A stretch of 64,000 bases of DNA from positions 1,792,001-1,856,000 of the forward strand of contig OZ241986.1 of NCBI GenBank assembly GCA_965204375.1. Reading direction: 5' to 3'. Position 1 is the stretch's first letter, and the number at the start of each line of letters is the position of its first letter. The translations under genes were made by a program, and so were the position numbers. The notes below the pieces were generated by a model. It searched no databases. It saw only the letters and a list, made by a program, of their open reading frames with translations, and was not told the DNA's origin. Shown here piece after piece: positions 40,781 to 50,853 of the stretch. Source of the stretch: Candidatus Latescibacterota bacterium (lineage in GTDB: Bacteria; Latescibacterota; UBA2968).

Positions 40781-41077
40781 GTGACCAAAGCTGATATTGT
40801 CAATCAGATTGCCGATGCTACGGGGTTGACCAAAACAGATACTTCTGTCGTTGTAGAGGGCTTTCTCGCCTCGCTCATTGCGGCAATGCAGCAGGGTGAA
40901 CACATCGAAATTCGCGGTTTTGGCACATTTAAGATCGTGCACCGCGCACCGCGCACAGGTCGCAATCCCAAAACGGGTGAGGTTGTCAAAATCCCCTCGC
41001 GCGCAATGCCCGTGTTCAAGCCCTCACGCGAACTGCGTAATTCTATTTCTGAGGTTTCTGTTCTTCCATCCAGCTAA
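40781..41077 (+). CDS. HU/IHF-family DNA-binding protein
   Basis: MTKADIV...IEIRGFGTF...RTGRNPKTGE...PVFKPS. Confidence 0.95.
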   Translation: MTKADIVNQIADATGLTKTDTSVVVEGFLASLIAAMQQGEHIEIRGFGTFKIVHRAPRTGRNPKTGEVVKIPSRAMPVFKPSRELRNSISEVSVLPSS

Positions 41078-41098
41078 TGCACCCACAGGAGGTAGCTC

Positions 41099-41191
41099 TT
41101 GCCCAGCGGAAAAAAGCGCAAACGCGCAAAAATCGCAACGCATAAGCGAAAAAAAAGGCGCCGAAGAGACCGACATAAAAAGAGAATCTAA
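41099..41191 (+). CDS. Small basic ribosomal protein bS22 (AURKAIP1/COX24/mS38-like), 30 aa
   Basis: AGGAGG RBS and TTG start; MPSGKKRKRAKIATHKRKKRRRRDRHKKRI*. Below the ORF-track length cutoff. Confidence 0.85.
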   Translation: MPSGKKRKRAKIATHKRKKRRRRDRHKKRI

Positions 41192-41196
41192 AGGCG

Positions 41197-41342
41197 AGAT
41201 ACTACACTGGTGTTATGGATTTAGCCCCTGACCTTGGACCTGGATATGCCGGCGTTTTCAGCCACAAACGGCTGTGATACACGCTGGTATAGACCATGAA
41301 GGTAGGGGCCTATCCATAGTCTGCCCGTCAGAGGGGTCATCT
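41197..41342 (+). ncRNA. Candidate structured RNA (long irregular rod; 6S-like is possible but unconfirmed)
   Basis: Nested pairings TTATGGAT/ATCCATAG, GCCCCT/AGGGGC, ACCTT/AAGGT, TATGCCGGCGT/ACGCTGGTATA, CAGCC/GGCTG. Confidence 0.5.
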
Positions 41343-41419
41343 GCGGCATTAGCTCAGTTGGATAGAGCACTGGTCTCCGGAACCAGAGGTCACAGGTTCG
41401 AATCCTGTATGTCGCACCA
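41343..41419 (+). tRNA. tRNA-Arg(CCG)
   Basis: GCGGCAT/ATGTCGC acceptor stem, CTGGT-CTCCGGA-ACCAG anticodon arm, GGTTCGAATCC, CCA. Confidence 0.97.
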
Positions 41420-41424
41420 CAACC

Positions 41425-41465
41425 AATGGGGCGAGAGTCGTTTGCGACTCTCGCCCCATTTTTTT
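41425..41465. terminator. Intrinsic terminator between tRNA-Arg and obgE
   Basis: AATGGGGCGAGAGTCG-TTTG-CGACTCTCGCCCCATT followed by a T-tract. Confidence 0.88.
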
Positions 41466-41485
41466 GCGTCTCACCTTCGCTACAC

Positions 41486-42466
41486 CTATGCGTCTATTTG
41501 CCTTACCAGACCTCGCAACGCCTGAATAAGCGCGTCCAGCCCCTGACCTGTGACAGAGGAAATTCCCATATCTGTTTGGCCCTGAAAAAATGGCGCCTTG
41601 CGGTGTTCGGGTGGCAACAAATCCAGCTTGGTAGCAATGAGCATCGCGGGTTTCTCGCGCAATTTGGGACTGAAACGACCGAGTTCTTCTCTCAAAACTG
41701 TTAGATCGTATTCGGGATTGGGGCTGGTGACATCGACCATAAAAAGGAGAACGCGTGTGCGTTCAATATGGCGCAAAAACTGAAACCCAAGCCCTTTGCC
41801 GCGATGCGCCCCTTCAATCAGGCCGGGAATGTCTGCCATAACAAAGCTATCGTAATCACCGCATTTGACAATGCCCAGATTGGGTTGCAGGGTCGTAAAG
41901 GGGTAATCCGCGATTTTGGGTCGCGCCGCAGATACTCTTGATAGAAGGGTCGATTTACCCGCATTTGGATGGCCGACCAGACCGACATCGGCGATGAGTT
42001 TGAGCTCGAGTTCCAGATGGCGTTCTCGTCCCGATTCTCCGGGCTGGACATACTCTGGTGCTCTGTTTGTCGGCGTGGCAAAACGCGCATTGCCACGGCC
42101 ACCGCGACCGCCCTCGAGCAAAACAACGCGCTGATCTGGTTCAGTCAAATCCGCGAGAATTTCACCCGTTTCTGTATCCTTGATGAGCGTGCCAACCGGT
42201 ACGGGAATTTCAGCATCATCGCCCCGCCTGCCCGCTTTCTTTTGCCCCGACCCATGTTCTCCATGCCCTGCGCTCAAGTGTTGTTGATACCGATAATCGA
42301 GCAGCGTGGAAAGGCGCGGGTCTGCAATAAAAACGACATCTCCCCCCTTGCCACCATCGCCGCCATCTGGCCCCCCTCGCGGCACATGCTTTTCTCGGCG
42401 AAAACTTTTGCATCCATTGCCGCCATTGCCCGAACGGGCATAAATTCTGGTTAGATCAACGAACAT
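41486..42466 (-). CDS. obgE: GTPase ObgE/CgtA
   Basis: GGPDGGDGGKGG, VGHPNAGKSTL, KIADYPFTT, ADIPGLIEGAH. Confidence 0.97.
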   Translation of the reverse strand: MFVDLTRIYARSGNGGNGCKSFRREKHVPRGGPDGGDGGKGGDVVFIADPRLSTLLDYRYQQHLSAGHGEHGSGQKKAGRRGDDAEIPVPVGTLIKDTETGEILADLTEPDQRVVLLEGGRGGRGNARFATPTNRAPEYVQPGESGRERHLELELKLIADVGLVGHPNAGKSTLLSRVSAARPKIADYPFTTLQPNLGIVKCGDYDSFVMADIPGLIEGAHRGKGLGFQFLRHIERTRVLLFMVDVTSPNPEYDLTVLREELGRFSPKLREKPAMLIATKLDLLPPEHRKAPFFQGQTDMGISSVTGQGLDALIQALRGLVRQIDA

Positions 42467-42477
42467 GGGAAAATTCG

Positions 42478-43236
42478 CTATGTTGCGGACTCTGCCTGTG
42501 CGCTATTTCTCAAAAGCAGAGCCTCTTCAATGGGGATGTGCTCATCTGCGCTGTTGATGAGGTCCCTCGCCGTATTGTAGGTAAAGGAAATGACCTCAAC
42601 GCGCGGTCCCAGAGTTTTAACGAGATCGACCAGAGGTACAAAATCACCGTCACCACTCACGAGAACCACGACATCGAGTTTATCGACAAATCTCATGATA
42701 TCAATGGCCATACCCATGTCCCAATCGCCTTTAGCCGATCCATCGCTGCGCTGCCGCAAATCTTTTCTTTTTACTTCATAGCTCTTTTGTTGGAGCATTG
42801 AGATAAAGTTGCTCTGGTCAACATCTGGCGATTGCACGACATAGGCAATAGCGCGGATCAAGCGGCGTTTACCCACACTGAGTTCCAGCAGTTTTTCAAA
42901 ATCGAGACGCGCATTAAACGGTTTGGCAGCATAAAAGATATTCTGTACATCGACAAATATCCCAACTCGCAATTCAGTCGGGGGAATGGCTGTACGGCGA
43001 TCTAACCGGGTGCGGGCATTGGCCTGTAGAGCGGCGATATTTTTCTGGATGGTATCGAGAGTAGAAAAAATTTCTCGGCGTTCTCGAGCACCGCTAATAG
43101 CTTCTTTATAGACCCTATTCTTAATTTCTCGAAGGTCTCGGATTGAAGCCTGTGCCGTGTTAATCTGATCTAATTTTTGCTCAATACGCGCTATTGCCTC
43201 TTGTATTTGCACAATCTGATCTTTAAAGTCTGCCAT
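42478..43236 (-). CDS. NYN (LabA/DUF88) domain protein with an N-terminal coiled coil
   Basis: IFVDVQNIFY, KGDWDMGMAID, VSGDGDFVP. Confidence 0.88.
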   Translation of the reverse strand: MADFKDQIVQIQEAIARIEQKLDQINTAQASIRDLREIKNRVYKEAISGARERREIFSTLDTIQKNIAALQANARTRLDRRTAIPPTELRVGIFVDVQNIFYAAKPFNARLDFEKLLELSVGKRRLIRAIAYVVQSPDVDQSNFISMLQQKSYEVKRKDLRQRSDGSAKGDWDMGMAIDIMRFVDKLDVVVLVSGDGDFVPLVDLVKTLGPRVEVISFTYNTARDLINSADEHIPIEEALLLRNSAQAESAT

Positions 43237-43239
43237 TTG

Positions 43240-44097
43240 TTATGAAGTCTCCGATATGAGTTTGTGTAACCCTGCGCCAAAGGCAAGGGCAAATCTGCTC
43301 GCCAGTCCGAGTTTTGAGCGATCTCGTTCTGGCAATTGCGCAGTGTCTATACCGCGAAATATTGGATGTTCCGCAAGGCTGAGGTCCGTTGGAGGATCAA
43401 TGGCCGGTATGTCCCCCGATAGATAAACCCGTTTGCAGGGGCGGTGTGAAGTACTGGCGAGAGAGAACCAGCGTTGTAACCTTGAAGTACCAGGACCAGC
43501 TGTTTCAACACCGATTAAAATACCATTTTCAACGGAAATATAAAAAGCTCCAGAGGGGTCGCAGTGAATAGCCATTTGCCTACCCGCCTCCTCCCATAGG
43601 CGAGCGGGCAGTCCCGCACAAAATAGAGCCAGCGGAGCGACGGAAAGATGCAGGTGGGTTTCGCCCAGTGCAGAACACAGGGTTTCGTATGCGTCAATCA
43701 CCCCGTTGCGTACTGCGGTCCAAAAAGCCACGCGTCCCACCGCAATAAAGTCGATCACGCTATTGTCAACAGGAGAAATAAGTGCCTGCGATGCTTCCCA
43801 AAAAATCTGTTCGCGGCGGTCTTCTTCCCCCGCGACTTCGAGAGGAATTTTTTGGATGTGATACAGGCCACCCGAAAGACAAAACGAAAGCGTGCCAATC
43901 GGTTTTGGCAGGCTTTCAAGCGCTTGACCCAATTCCTCAACAAAGGATTTGGACACTTCTTTTTCGGGATTAAAATCAAAAGCCTCCGATACGCGCTGGT
44001 TAATAAGGCCCCTGAGATAATATACATTATCCAATTTTTCAAGATGGACCACGCGCAATGTGTTGCCCGAAATATGAATGCCCGTCGCTGTACTCAT
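43240..44097 (-). CDS. Divergent PilM-like (actin-fold) protein
   Basis: TGIHISGNTLRVVHL, QIFWEASQAL, RVYLSG, FALAFGAGL resemble PilM motifs. Confidence 0.5.
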   Translation of the reverse strand: MSTATGIHISGNTLRVVHLEKLDNVYYLRGLINQRVSEAFDFNPEKEVSKSFVEELGQALESLPKPIGTLSFCLSGGLYHIQKIPLEVAGEEDRREQIFWEASQALISPVDNSVIDFIAVGRVAFWTAVRNGVIDAYETLCSALGETHLHLSVAPLALFCAGLPARLWEEAGRQMAIHCDPSGAFYISVENGILIGVETAGPGTSRLQRWFSLASTSHRPCKRVYLSGDIPAIDPPTDLSLAEHPIFRGIDTAQLPERDRSKLGLASRFALAFGAGLHKLISETS

Positions 44098-44543
44098 GGC
44101 GTACTCATCGTAAGGTGTGGCCGCAAGCGCTCGAGGGTTTTGGGACCAATACCCTTGACCTTTGTAATATCGTCAATGCGTTTAAATGCCCCATTCTCTT
44201 CGCGATAAGCCACAATGCGTCCCGCAATTTGAGGCCCAATACGGGGCAGCCGCTCCAACTCTTTTGCCGTTGCCGAGTTGATATCGATTAATTTCCCCGC
44301 CGGGGGAACATTTTCTTTAGGCGATGGGGCTTCCGGCGGACTCTGATCCTGTGTTAGAGATGTCGCCGAAGGAACTTCTGTATTCTCCTCTGGCGATGGA
44401 ACTTCCACGGCATTTTTTCGCACCTCAAAATCGGAAATGCGATCCGGATCTCTACTATCGAGATAACGGATAACAATCCCCACAATAAGAATGCCGCAAA
44501 GCATCAACAGAATAATTTGTTCGTTGCGGTTAAAAGTGAACAT
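44094..44543 (-). CDS. comEA: ComEA-family helix-hairpin-helix DNA-binding protein
   Basis: N-terminal TM, Pro-rich linker, IDINSATAKELERLPRIGP...VKGIGPKT. Confidence 0.85.
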   Translation of the reverse strand: MFTFNRNEQIILLMLCGILIVGIVIRYLDSRDPDRISDFEVRKNAVEVPSPEENTEVPSATSLTQDQSPPEAPSPKENVPPAGKLIDINSATAKELERLPRIGPQIAGRIVAYREENGAFKRIDDITKVKGIGPKTLERLRPHLTMSTP

Positions 44544-44555
44544 GGAAAAGTCCAA

Positions 44556-47500
44556 TTATTGAAATCCGATTTCGCCCCAGAATCGAAAATCCCAGGTCAC
44601 ATTGGTGAGGTCGCGCAGGTGGTCTTTGCGCCGTTCATGGCGAAACGTGGTGCCGCCTGTAAATCGCGAGCTAAAGGCATATTGCGTACCCAGGCTAACA
44701 GACCAGGATGTCGAGTTTTGACGGATAATGGGTTCGGCTGGCACATCGGGTTCGGCACTTCGAGGCATTTCGGTTTGTGTATTCAAATTGCGCGAAAAGG
44801 AAAGCGTGAGGTCGAGCGTGCGCTGAAATCTTCCGCGCAGCGAATAGCGCACATCTGCTTGCAATGTGCCGTTTTCCGTCAAAGTGGTTCCGATCAGGCG
44901 ATCGGCAAGGGTCGGTTGAACAGAAGCTGTATCGGCAGTCACATTGCGCTGATAGCGGATTTCATCGTTGCTGCTTTGGCGGCGGCTAAATGTCGTATTC
45001 ACATCGCCTTTCCAGCGCGCGCTCCACTGAAAAAGCGGATTGTATGATATTTCTCTTGCATCACTTGTCAGATAACGCGACGAGAGACTGAGACTGCCAT
45101 CACCCCGTCGGGTGCGCGATTCCTGGTACCCAAAAGTGGCATTGGAACTGACCCAAAACCAGCCGATCAAAGGCACGCGCTCAAGACCGCGCCAACTCGC
45201 GTCAAATTTGGGAAAGATGACCTGATCGTCTTTGCCGAGTGTATTGCCTGTGCGTTCGTTTTCGGAATAATTGGCAGAGGTGTTAAAATTCAGCCCCAGA
45301 GGCAGCCGAATACCACTGGATACCTGCGCCTGTCTTCGCACATTGCTGGCATTGGTCCTCGTTCCCGTGCTCGCGACCACAATGGGGACCTGGATCGTAT
45401 CTTGAAAACCAAATTGATAGGCCAATGAGGGACGGGCCGTGAGACCAAACAAATTATTTGATTTGTTCTGAGAAACACTGCTCGTCACATTCTGAAGGCG
45501 GCCACCCACTTTTCCAATCCACTGCAAAATGGAAAAACCATCGTCTTTACCGGTCTTGCGCGTCCAACGTTGAAACAAGCTGGGCAAGTTGAGATTGATG
45601 CGCGCGTTCGCCGTTTGCTGGCTATTGACCGTGAGTCCGCGCCGAACGCTACCGTACTGCACGCGCTCCCCACCGATTTCAAAGCGATCCGTGTACGTAG
45701 CCGAATACGACGGATTCACGGTAATCCAGTTGGAAATGCGTGGCGTATATCTGAAGTTGAGCGATTGGTTGCGCGATATTTCGCGTCCAAATTGGAGTTG
45801 GGTCAGGGCGTAGCCATTTCGCAAATCGCGGTTGAGAGTGAGCGAATAATCGGCATTCAGACTGCGAAATGGCGAGAGTTTAATGGCATAACTTTCGGTC
45901 AGGTTAAAAGTCTCTCGCACTGTATCAATCACATTTGAAGTGTCGCCTGCGATGGCGCGAAATGAGGTCTGATCCGATACCCCGCGATTAAAGCGCAGAT
46001 TGTAATTGATGCTGGAGGGCAAATAAAAAAACTGCGCCTCTTTGAGCGGTTTGTAAAAGGGCACCCACTTGAAAATGGCGAGCGCTTCGCGCTGAGACCA
46101 CACCTGATTATAGGTCATATTGCCGTTTAGGTTCTCGTTCAGGCTTCGCCTGCGCTGTGTAATCGCACCCGTTGTCGATGCGTCAGAACTATAGTTGAGT
46201 GACGTGGAGGCTTTGTCAAACAAAATGCGAGACAGCAAGCTCGGGTCTTCGCGTGCTGGCCGCTTTCTCAGCGAGATGGTAAAGCGCGTCTGAGAGCGCA
46301 CATCGCTTTCGTTGATTTTTTGTTCGGGAGTGAGCACAATATCCGATCCCGGGCGTATGCGGGGGCTTGATGTATAGCGATTATAGCTGAATCGGACGGG
46401 CATGGAGGTATTCCATTCTTTGGGAAAGAATTTGTCGATATTGAACTGGCTGTCAAAGTTAAAGCGCGTGGTGGTGTTGCCCGAAGCCCTGCCTTGCAGA
46501 TCTTGAAAATCGCCGCTTCGGCGTTCCAGATTGACCGTCAAATTACCCAGATCGGCGAGGGTTATGCGCGTATCGGCCAGGGCAGATAAGGCGGGTTTTT
46601 TGCGGATATCATCAACGCGCAATTCATCCATCCAAACTTCGTTTTCGCCAATGAGAATCTCATCGCCGCGGTTGCGAATCCCCACGGTAAAGGCTCTGAT
46701 CGAAGCCAACGCGGGATTGCCGCGCACGATATAGGTGCGACCATCCACATCGATCTCTATGCGATTGCCCTCTTTGTCGTAGCGAGCGAGAAAATCGCCA
46801 CGGCGAAGCGACACACTAACGGTATCAGACACTTGCTCGGTGGCTTGAAGACCCAGCAATTGGCCTTTGAGTTGCGACATGACCTCGAGGTCTAAACGGA
46901 CGGTATTGGTTTCTTCTGCCCAACCGCGATAAACCAGCGAGCGGTATTCGTAATAGTTGAGAGAATCGTCATTGATGGGGGCAAAACGCATAAAAAATTC
47001 GATGGGACTGGGGCCCGTACTCAAGGAATCTGCGGCGTCTGAAAAATTGGTGCCATACGTCGGATCGGCCGGGTTGCCGCCGTGCAAAAACAGCGTCATA
47101 ACACCGTATTCGGTATAGTCCTCGCCAGCGGCGAAACTGCGGGATGCAGAGATGGATTCGCCCGGGTAGAGATCGACAAATTCGAGCACCAGAGAATTTT
47201 CAGACAAACGAATACCTGTGGTGGGGTCAATTTCTCGCTCGAGACCCGGAGGAGATTCGTAAAAGGAGTTGTTTGTCCCGATAGTCGAAACCTGAAAATC
47301 GCCCGATAACTGCCCGAACGCGACCGGGTCTTCCTGCCATTCACTGCCGGTCGCACTAAATGTATAGATTTCGACAGAGGTGGTGTCGTTGTGTTCGAAC
47401 CAGACGCGCACAAAGTCAATCTCGCTGGCAAATGTGGTGTCGGGACTACCCTCAAAGGTACGGGGCGCGTCTTGCCCTTTGAGGGGAATGCGCAATAAAC

Positions 47501-50500
47501 GCCACGGGGGATCTGTAATACCGCCCAATTCGGGAAAGAGATCGGATTCCGTGCCGGGCACAAGCATAGATGGGCCAATAAAGGAGCCCGATGCGGAAGA
47601 CAGGCCCCTGTTGCTGGACAAATCGACGCTATATCGGATAAAACTTTCGCGCTGGTCGAGAAAACCATTGCCGTTGAGGTCTTCGGTATCGGGGCGTGAT
47701 TGGCGCTCTGCCCTGTTGCCCTCTGTCCCATTGAGACCAGAGGGATAGCGACGCAGGATATCCGTCGTGTTTTGATCTACGTCCTCAAAATTATCTCCCG
47801 AAGGATCGTTGGGCACAGTTACACCTGGAAATATTTTTCGAAAGACCTCGGTCTCTTCGGCGTCGGTCAATCCATCCAGACCAATGTCTTCTTCGTCAAT
47901 GACGATATCGTCCCCTGTGGGCAAGCCTCCGATGGGTTTGTCTTCTGTGCGAAAACCACTTGGAAATCGCTCTCGATCACTGGGGTCGTTGTACATGGGG
48001 TGATCGAGGGGCAGGCGGACGCGCTCAGAAATATCGCCCAAATCAATGTGCAGATGCCCATCGTCTCCCCGAATCCAGAGTTCGAGAAATTTAGACCGCG
48101 ACAAATCGAGACCATTGACATAGCGCATAATCCCCGCCCATGATTGTTGGGGAATGCCATTTTCGTTGTTCTGCGAACGGATGGGAAATCCATTACTGCG
48201 CGCGGGATCGAATCGCAGTTTGAGAATATCGACAATGTCTTGTTCCGCGCTTATGTCATCGCGGGTGGGCTGAATTCGAGAAAGCGATGCCCTGTCGCGG
48301 TCAATGGGATTATACCACGTCAATCGCCCCTGTGGCAATGTGAGCATTCTGCTGTTGCGAATGGGAACACTTGCGCGATTCCATCCTATTTTGCCAATCG
48401 CAAACGCCGTGCTGTTCAGAGCGCCTTCAAAATCATCGATATAGGCCACATTTTTGGTATTGGGATTGGGCAAACTCTGCGCGATTTCAAAGTCCATATC
48501 GATAGACGACGGGGCCTGTGTGTTCACGAGTGGAATTGAATTGACGAGGTCGCTCAACAGTTTGGGTTGCATCCGGAAGCGCGCATTGGCATCCCACAAA
48601 ATAGTGCGCGTTGGTTCTTGCCCAACCCGCACGCGAGGCGAGGCAGTACTTTGACTGCCGTAGAGCAAGGTCATGCCAATAAGCGAATACTGATCGTCAA
48701 AGGGACGCTCGAGACGCACGCCCAAAAGGCTTTTGGACTGACCAAAACCAAATTGGTCTTTGGTCTGATACGAGATGTCCAGATCAGAGGAAGGATCCGA
48801 AACCTCGTTTTCGGCATCGCCTATAAATTTTAAACGGCCTGTCACATAATTTATCGTGTAGTCTGTATCGCGTGTTAAGGTTCGGTTGTTCAGACGCACG
48901 ACTTCGCTGTTTTCAACCAGTCCAAGAAATCCGAGGTTGTATTCGGTCGATTTGCTCGTCGAACTCACCCGCAGTTCATACCGTCCCGCTTCCTGGCGGT
49001 TGGACGTGTTGGTCTCGTTGTAAATGCCTGGCACGCGCACCTCGAGGTCGGGTGCCCCCAACCCTTCCTCTCCAAAAGGCTCGAGAAAGGGAAAGACGAG
49101 ATGCCCTCTGGCGAGACTCAGCCCGGGGATCTCATTACCCGTACCAATATCGATGAGTCGATCTGGAGGAGAAGATTCAGAAGACCCGTTGGTGTGCCGG
49201 TCGAGGCCAAAAATTTCCAGGTATGATCTGCCCTCCTGATTGTCCTGCGGATTTTCACCCGGCACATTGCGAAAAATGCCGACGAACAGGCCCTCGGGAC
49301 TGATGTTGCGCCCACCCAGGCTATAAACATTGCGCCACGCAAGCCCCCATGTCGGGTCTGTGGGGCGTTGTTGCCTGGCTTTGATGAGCTTGAGCTGAAT
49401 TTTTTTATCTGGATTTCCCGGATCGGGAATAAATTGTATGTCGCCAAAATTTTGACCCGACGCGGTTTGATAAGCTACCGCAAGCGTGTAGCCCCGTGAA
49501 ATCGAACCGCGATTATGGATGAGATAGCCTTCGGGTAGAGGCGTAAATTCGGAGGGGTCGAGTTCGTGAAACGTACCTTCTTCAACGCCCTTGTCAGAAC
49601 GACGCGACGCACCTTCATCGGGCGATCCATTGTTCCACACGAGATATGCGATACCGGGAATGGCCGAGTCTTCGAGGTCGTTTTGAGCGTTGTAGTCGTT
49701 TATGAATACGCGCACGCTTTGCTCATTGACGCGATCGCCCGGCGCAGGTAACAAGCCATTGCGGAAATTTTCTCGATAAGTGTTATCCAGAAAAAAGTAG
49801 GTGTTTTCAATGTACCTGTAATCGGGAATTGCATCAGCCCTTCCTTGCCCTTGCCCCGTCTGCCCTTGCCCCGTAAAGGTTTGGCGACCACTCGACGATT
49901 TGTCCTGAGATGTGACAACTGTAAAATTGATAGCGCCAACCCGCCCCCGCGTTTTGATGCCAAACAGCCCACCTCTACTGCCGCCGCTAAATCCAATCAG
50001 TCGCGTGCCGGGCAAAGCCAGTGTCGTATTGCCCGCTTCTATGGTTTCAATAATGCCGTCTTCATCGCCTTTGTATTGCAGGCGCAGGCCCTCGGTCAGA
50101 TCAAAGCTTTGTCGTTCGCTATCTTGCTCCAGCGAAACCAGGATCCGATCGCCAATAGAGCCTTCAACAGTGAGTCGGGCTTCTTGCTCAAAATTGATGG
50201 TGGGAAAACGCGATGTGCGCGTGAGAGCTGCTTGCGCCTGTCCCAAAGTGTATTGCGAGAGGCCCGACAACTCGATGCGGCGGTACCCCCGTATGGTGAG
50301 ATTGGCAGCCCCTTCCCCAGTAATCGCACTCAACCGCTGGGGGACGCGAATCGGAATTTTGACATCGATTATACCCTCACCTTCTCCATCCTCATCCAGG
50401 CGACCTCCCAATCGCTCCAGTGCAAGGCGATGGGTATCATGGTAGAACTTGTAGCGCATAAAGTCGCCCAGACTGATAATCACCGGAAGGCCGTAAGGCG

Positions 50501-50759
50501 TACCACCCAGATCGCGGAACACCATCAGTGTATATTCGGCTTCTGTTTCTATCAGTTGCGCCGCAGGAGTCGCATATGGGCGTCTTCTGGGAAAATAAGA
50601 AGTGGATCCGGGTGTATCGCGCAAAAAGGCTTCAAGCGTTGACACACCTATTTGCGGGCGCAAACCCGGCGTGGCAAGAGCAATACTCGGGCAGAGCAAC
50701 GCGAGAGAAAACAAAACACTGAGGCCGCGCGACCACAGGTGAATGTGAATAAACTTCAT
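44556..50759 (-). CDS. sprA: SprA-like giant outer-membrane beta-barrel (T9SS translocon homolog)
   Basis: About 2070 aa; LQYKGDEDGIIETIEAGN, GLFGIK, WRNVYSLG, GHLVFPFLEPFG, DYTINYVTG, AYIDDFEG, PDTEDLNGNG, VWMDELRV. Confidence 0.88.
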   Translation of the reverse strand: MKFIHIHLWSRGLSVLFSLALLCPSIALATPGLRPQIGVSTLEAFLRDTPGSTSYFPRRRPYATPAAQLIETEAEYTLMVFRDLGGTPYGLPVIISLGDFMRYKFYHDTHRLALERLGGRLDEDGEGEGIIDVKIPIRVPQRLSAITGEGAANLTIRGYRRIELSGLSQYTLGQAQAALTRTSRFPTINFEQEARLTVEGSIGDRILVSLEQDSERQSFDLTEGLRLQYKGDEDGIIETIEAGNTTLALPGTRLIGFSGGSRGGLFGIKTRGRVGAINFTVVTSQDKSSSGRQTFTGQGQTGQGQGRADAIPDYRYIENTYFFLDNTYRENFRNGLLPAPGDRVNEQSVRVFINDYNAQNDLEDSAIPGIAYLVWNNGSPDEGASRRSDKGVEEGTFHELDPSEFTPLPEGYLIHNRGSISRGYTLAVAYQTASGQNFGDIQFIPDPGNPDKKIQLKLIKARQQRPTDPTWGLAWRNVYSLGGRNISPEGLFVGIFRNVPGENPQDNQEGRSYLEIFGLDRHTNGSSESSPPDRLIDIGTGNEIPGLSLARGHLVFPFLEPFGEEGLGAPDLEVRVPGIYNETNTSNRQEAGRYELRVSSTSKSTEYNLGFLGLVENSEVVRLNNRTLTRDTDYTINYVTGRLKFIGDAENEVSDPSSDLDISYQTKDQFGFGQSKSLLGVRLERPFDDQYSLIGMTLLYGSQSTASPRVRVGQEPTRTILWDANARFRMQPKLLSDLVNSIPLVNTQAPSSIDMDFEIAQSLPNPNTKNVAYIDDFEGALNSTAFAIGKIGWNRASVPIRNSRMLTLPQGRLTWYNPIDRDRASLSRIQPTRDDISAEQDIVDILKLRFDPARSNGFPIRSQNNENGIPQQSWAGIMRYVNGLDLSRSKFLELWIRGDDGHLHIDLGDISERVRLPLDHPMYNDPSDRERFPSGFRTEDKPIGGLPTGDDIVIDEEDIGLDGLTDAEETEVFRKIFPGVTVPNDPSGDNFEDVDQNTTDILRRYPSGLNGTEGNRAERQSRPDTEDLNGNGFLDQRESFIRYSVDLSSNRGLSSASGSFIGPSMLVPGTESDLFPELGGITDPPWRLLRIPLKGQDAPRTFEGSPDTTFASEIDFVRVWFEHNDTTSVEIYTFSATGSEWQEDPVAFGQLSGDFQVSTIGTNNSFYESPPGLEREIDPTTGIRLSENSLVLEFVDLYPGESISASRSFAAGEDYTEYGVMTLFLHGGNPADPTYGTNFSDAADSLSTGPSPIEFFMRFAPINDDSLNYYEYRSLVYRGWAEETNTVRLDLEVMSQLKGQLLGLQATEQVSDTVSVSLRRGDFLARYDKEGNRIEIDVDGRTYIVRGNPALASIRAFTVGIRNRGDEILIGENEVWMDELRVDDIRKKPALSALADTRITLADLGNLTVNLERRSGDFQDLQGRASGNTTTRFNFDSQFNIDKFFPKEWNTSMPVRFSYNRYTSSPRIRPGSDIVLTPEQKINESDVRSQTRFTISLRKRPAREDPSLLSRILFDKASTSLNYSSDASTTGAITQRRRSLNENLNGNMTYNQVWSQREALAIFKWVPFYKPLKEAQFFYLPSSINYNLRFNRGVSDQTSFRAIAGDTSNVIDTVRETFNLTESYAIKLSPFRSLNADYSLTLNRDLRNGYALTQLQFGREISRNQSLNFRYTPRISNWITVNPSYSATYTDRFEIGGERVQYGSVRRGLTVNSQQTANARINLNLPSLFQRWTRKTGKDDGFSILQWIGKVGGRLQNVTSSVSQNKSNNLFGLTARPSLAYQFGFQDTIQVPIVVASTGTRTNASNVRRQAQVSSGIRLPLGLNFNTSANYSENERTGNTLGKDDQVIFPKFDASWRGLERVPLIGWFWVSSNATFGYQESRTRRGDGSLSLSSRYLTSDAREISYNPLFQWSARWKGDVNTTFSRRQSSNDEIRYQRNVTADTASVQPTLADRLIGTTLTENGTLQADVRYSLRGRFQRTLDLTLSFSRNLNTQTEMPRSAEPDVPAEPIIRQNSTSWSVSLGTQYAFSSRFTGGTTFRHERRKDHLRDLTNVTWDFRFWGEIGFQ

Positions 50760-50825
50760 AAGGACTTTGGGAAACAGGCGGAAAGTTGTATGAGCGTGCG
50801 GGTAATAGGTCGTTAAACAAAGTAC

Positions 50826-50853
50826 ATAATAGCACAAGCCACATGAAAGTCAA
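50826..50853 (-). promoter_or_regulatory. Sigma70-type promoter for the sprA operon
   Basis: TTGACT-16 bp-TATTAT with an extended-10 TG. Confidence 0.5.

Noticed and set aside
41197-41342. SRP RNA
   Set aside because: It lacks the conserved helix-8 CAGG...GNRA...AGCA signature; kept only as an unclassified candidate RNA.
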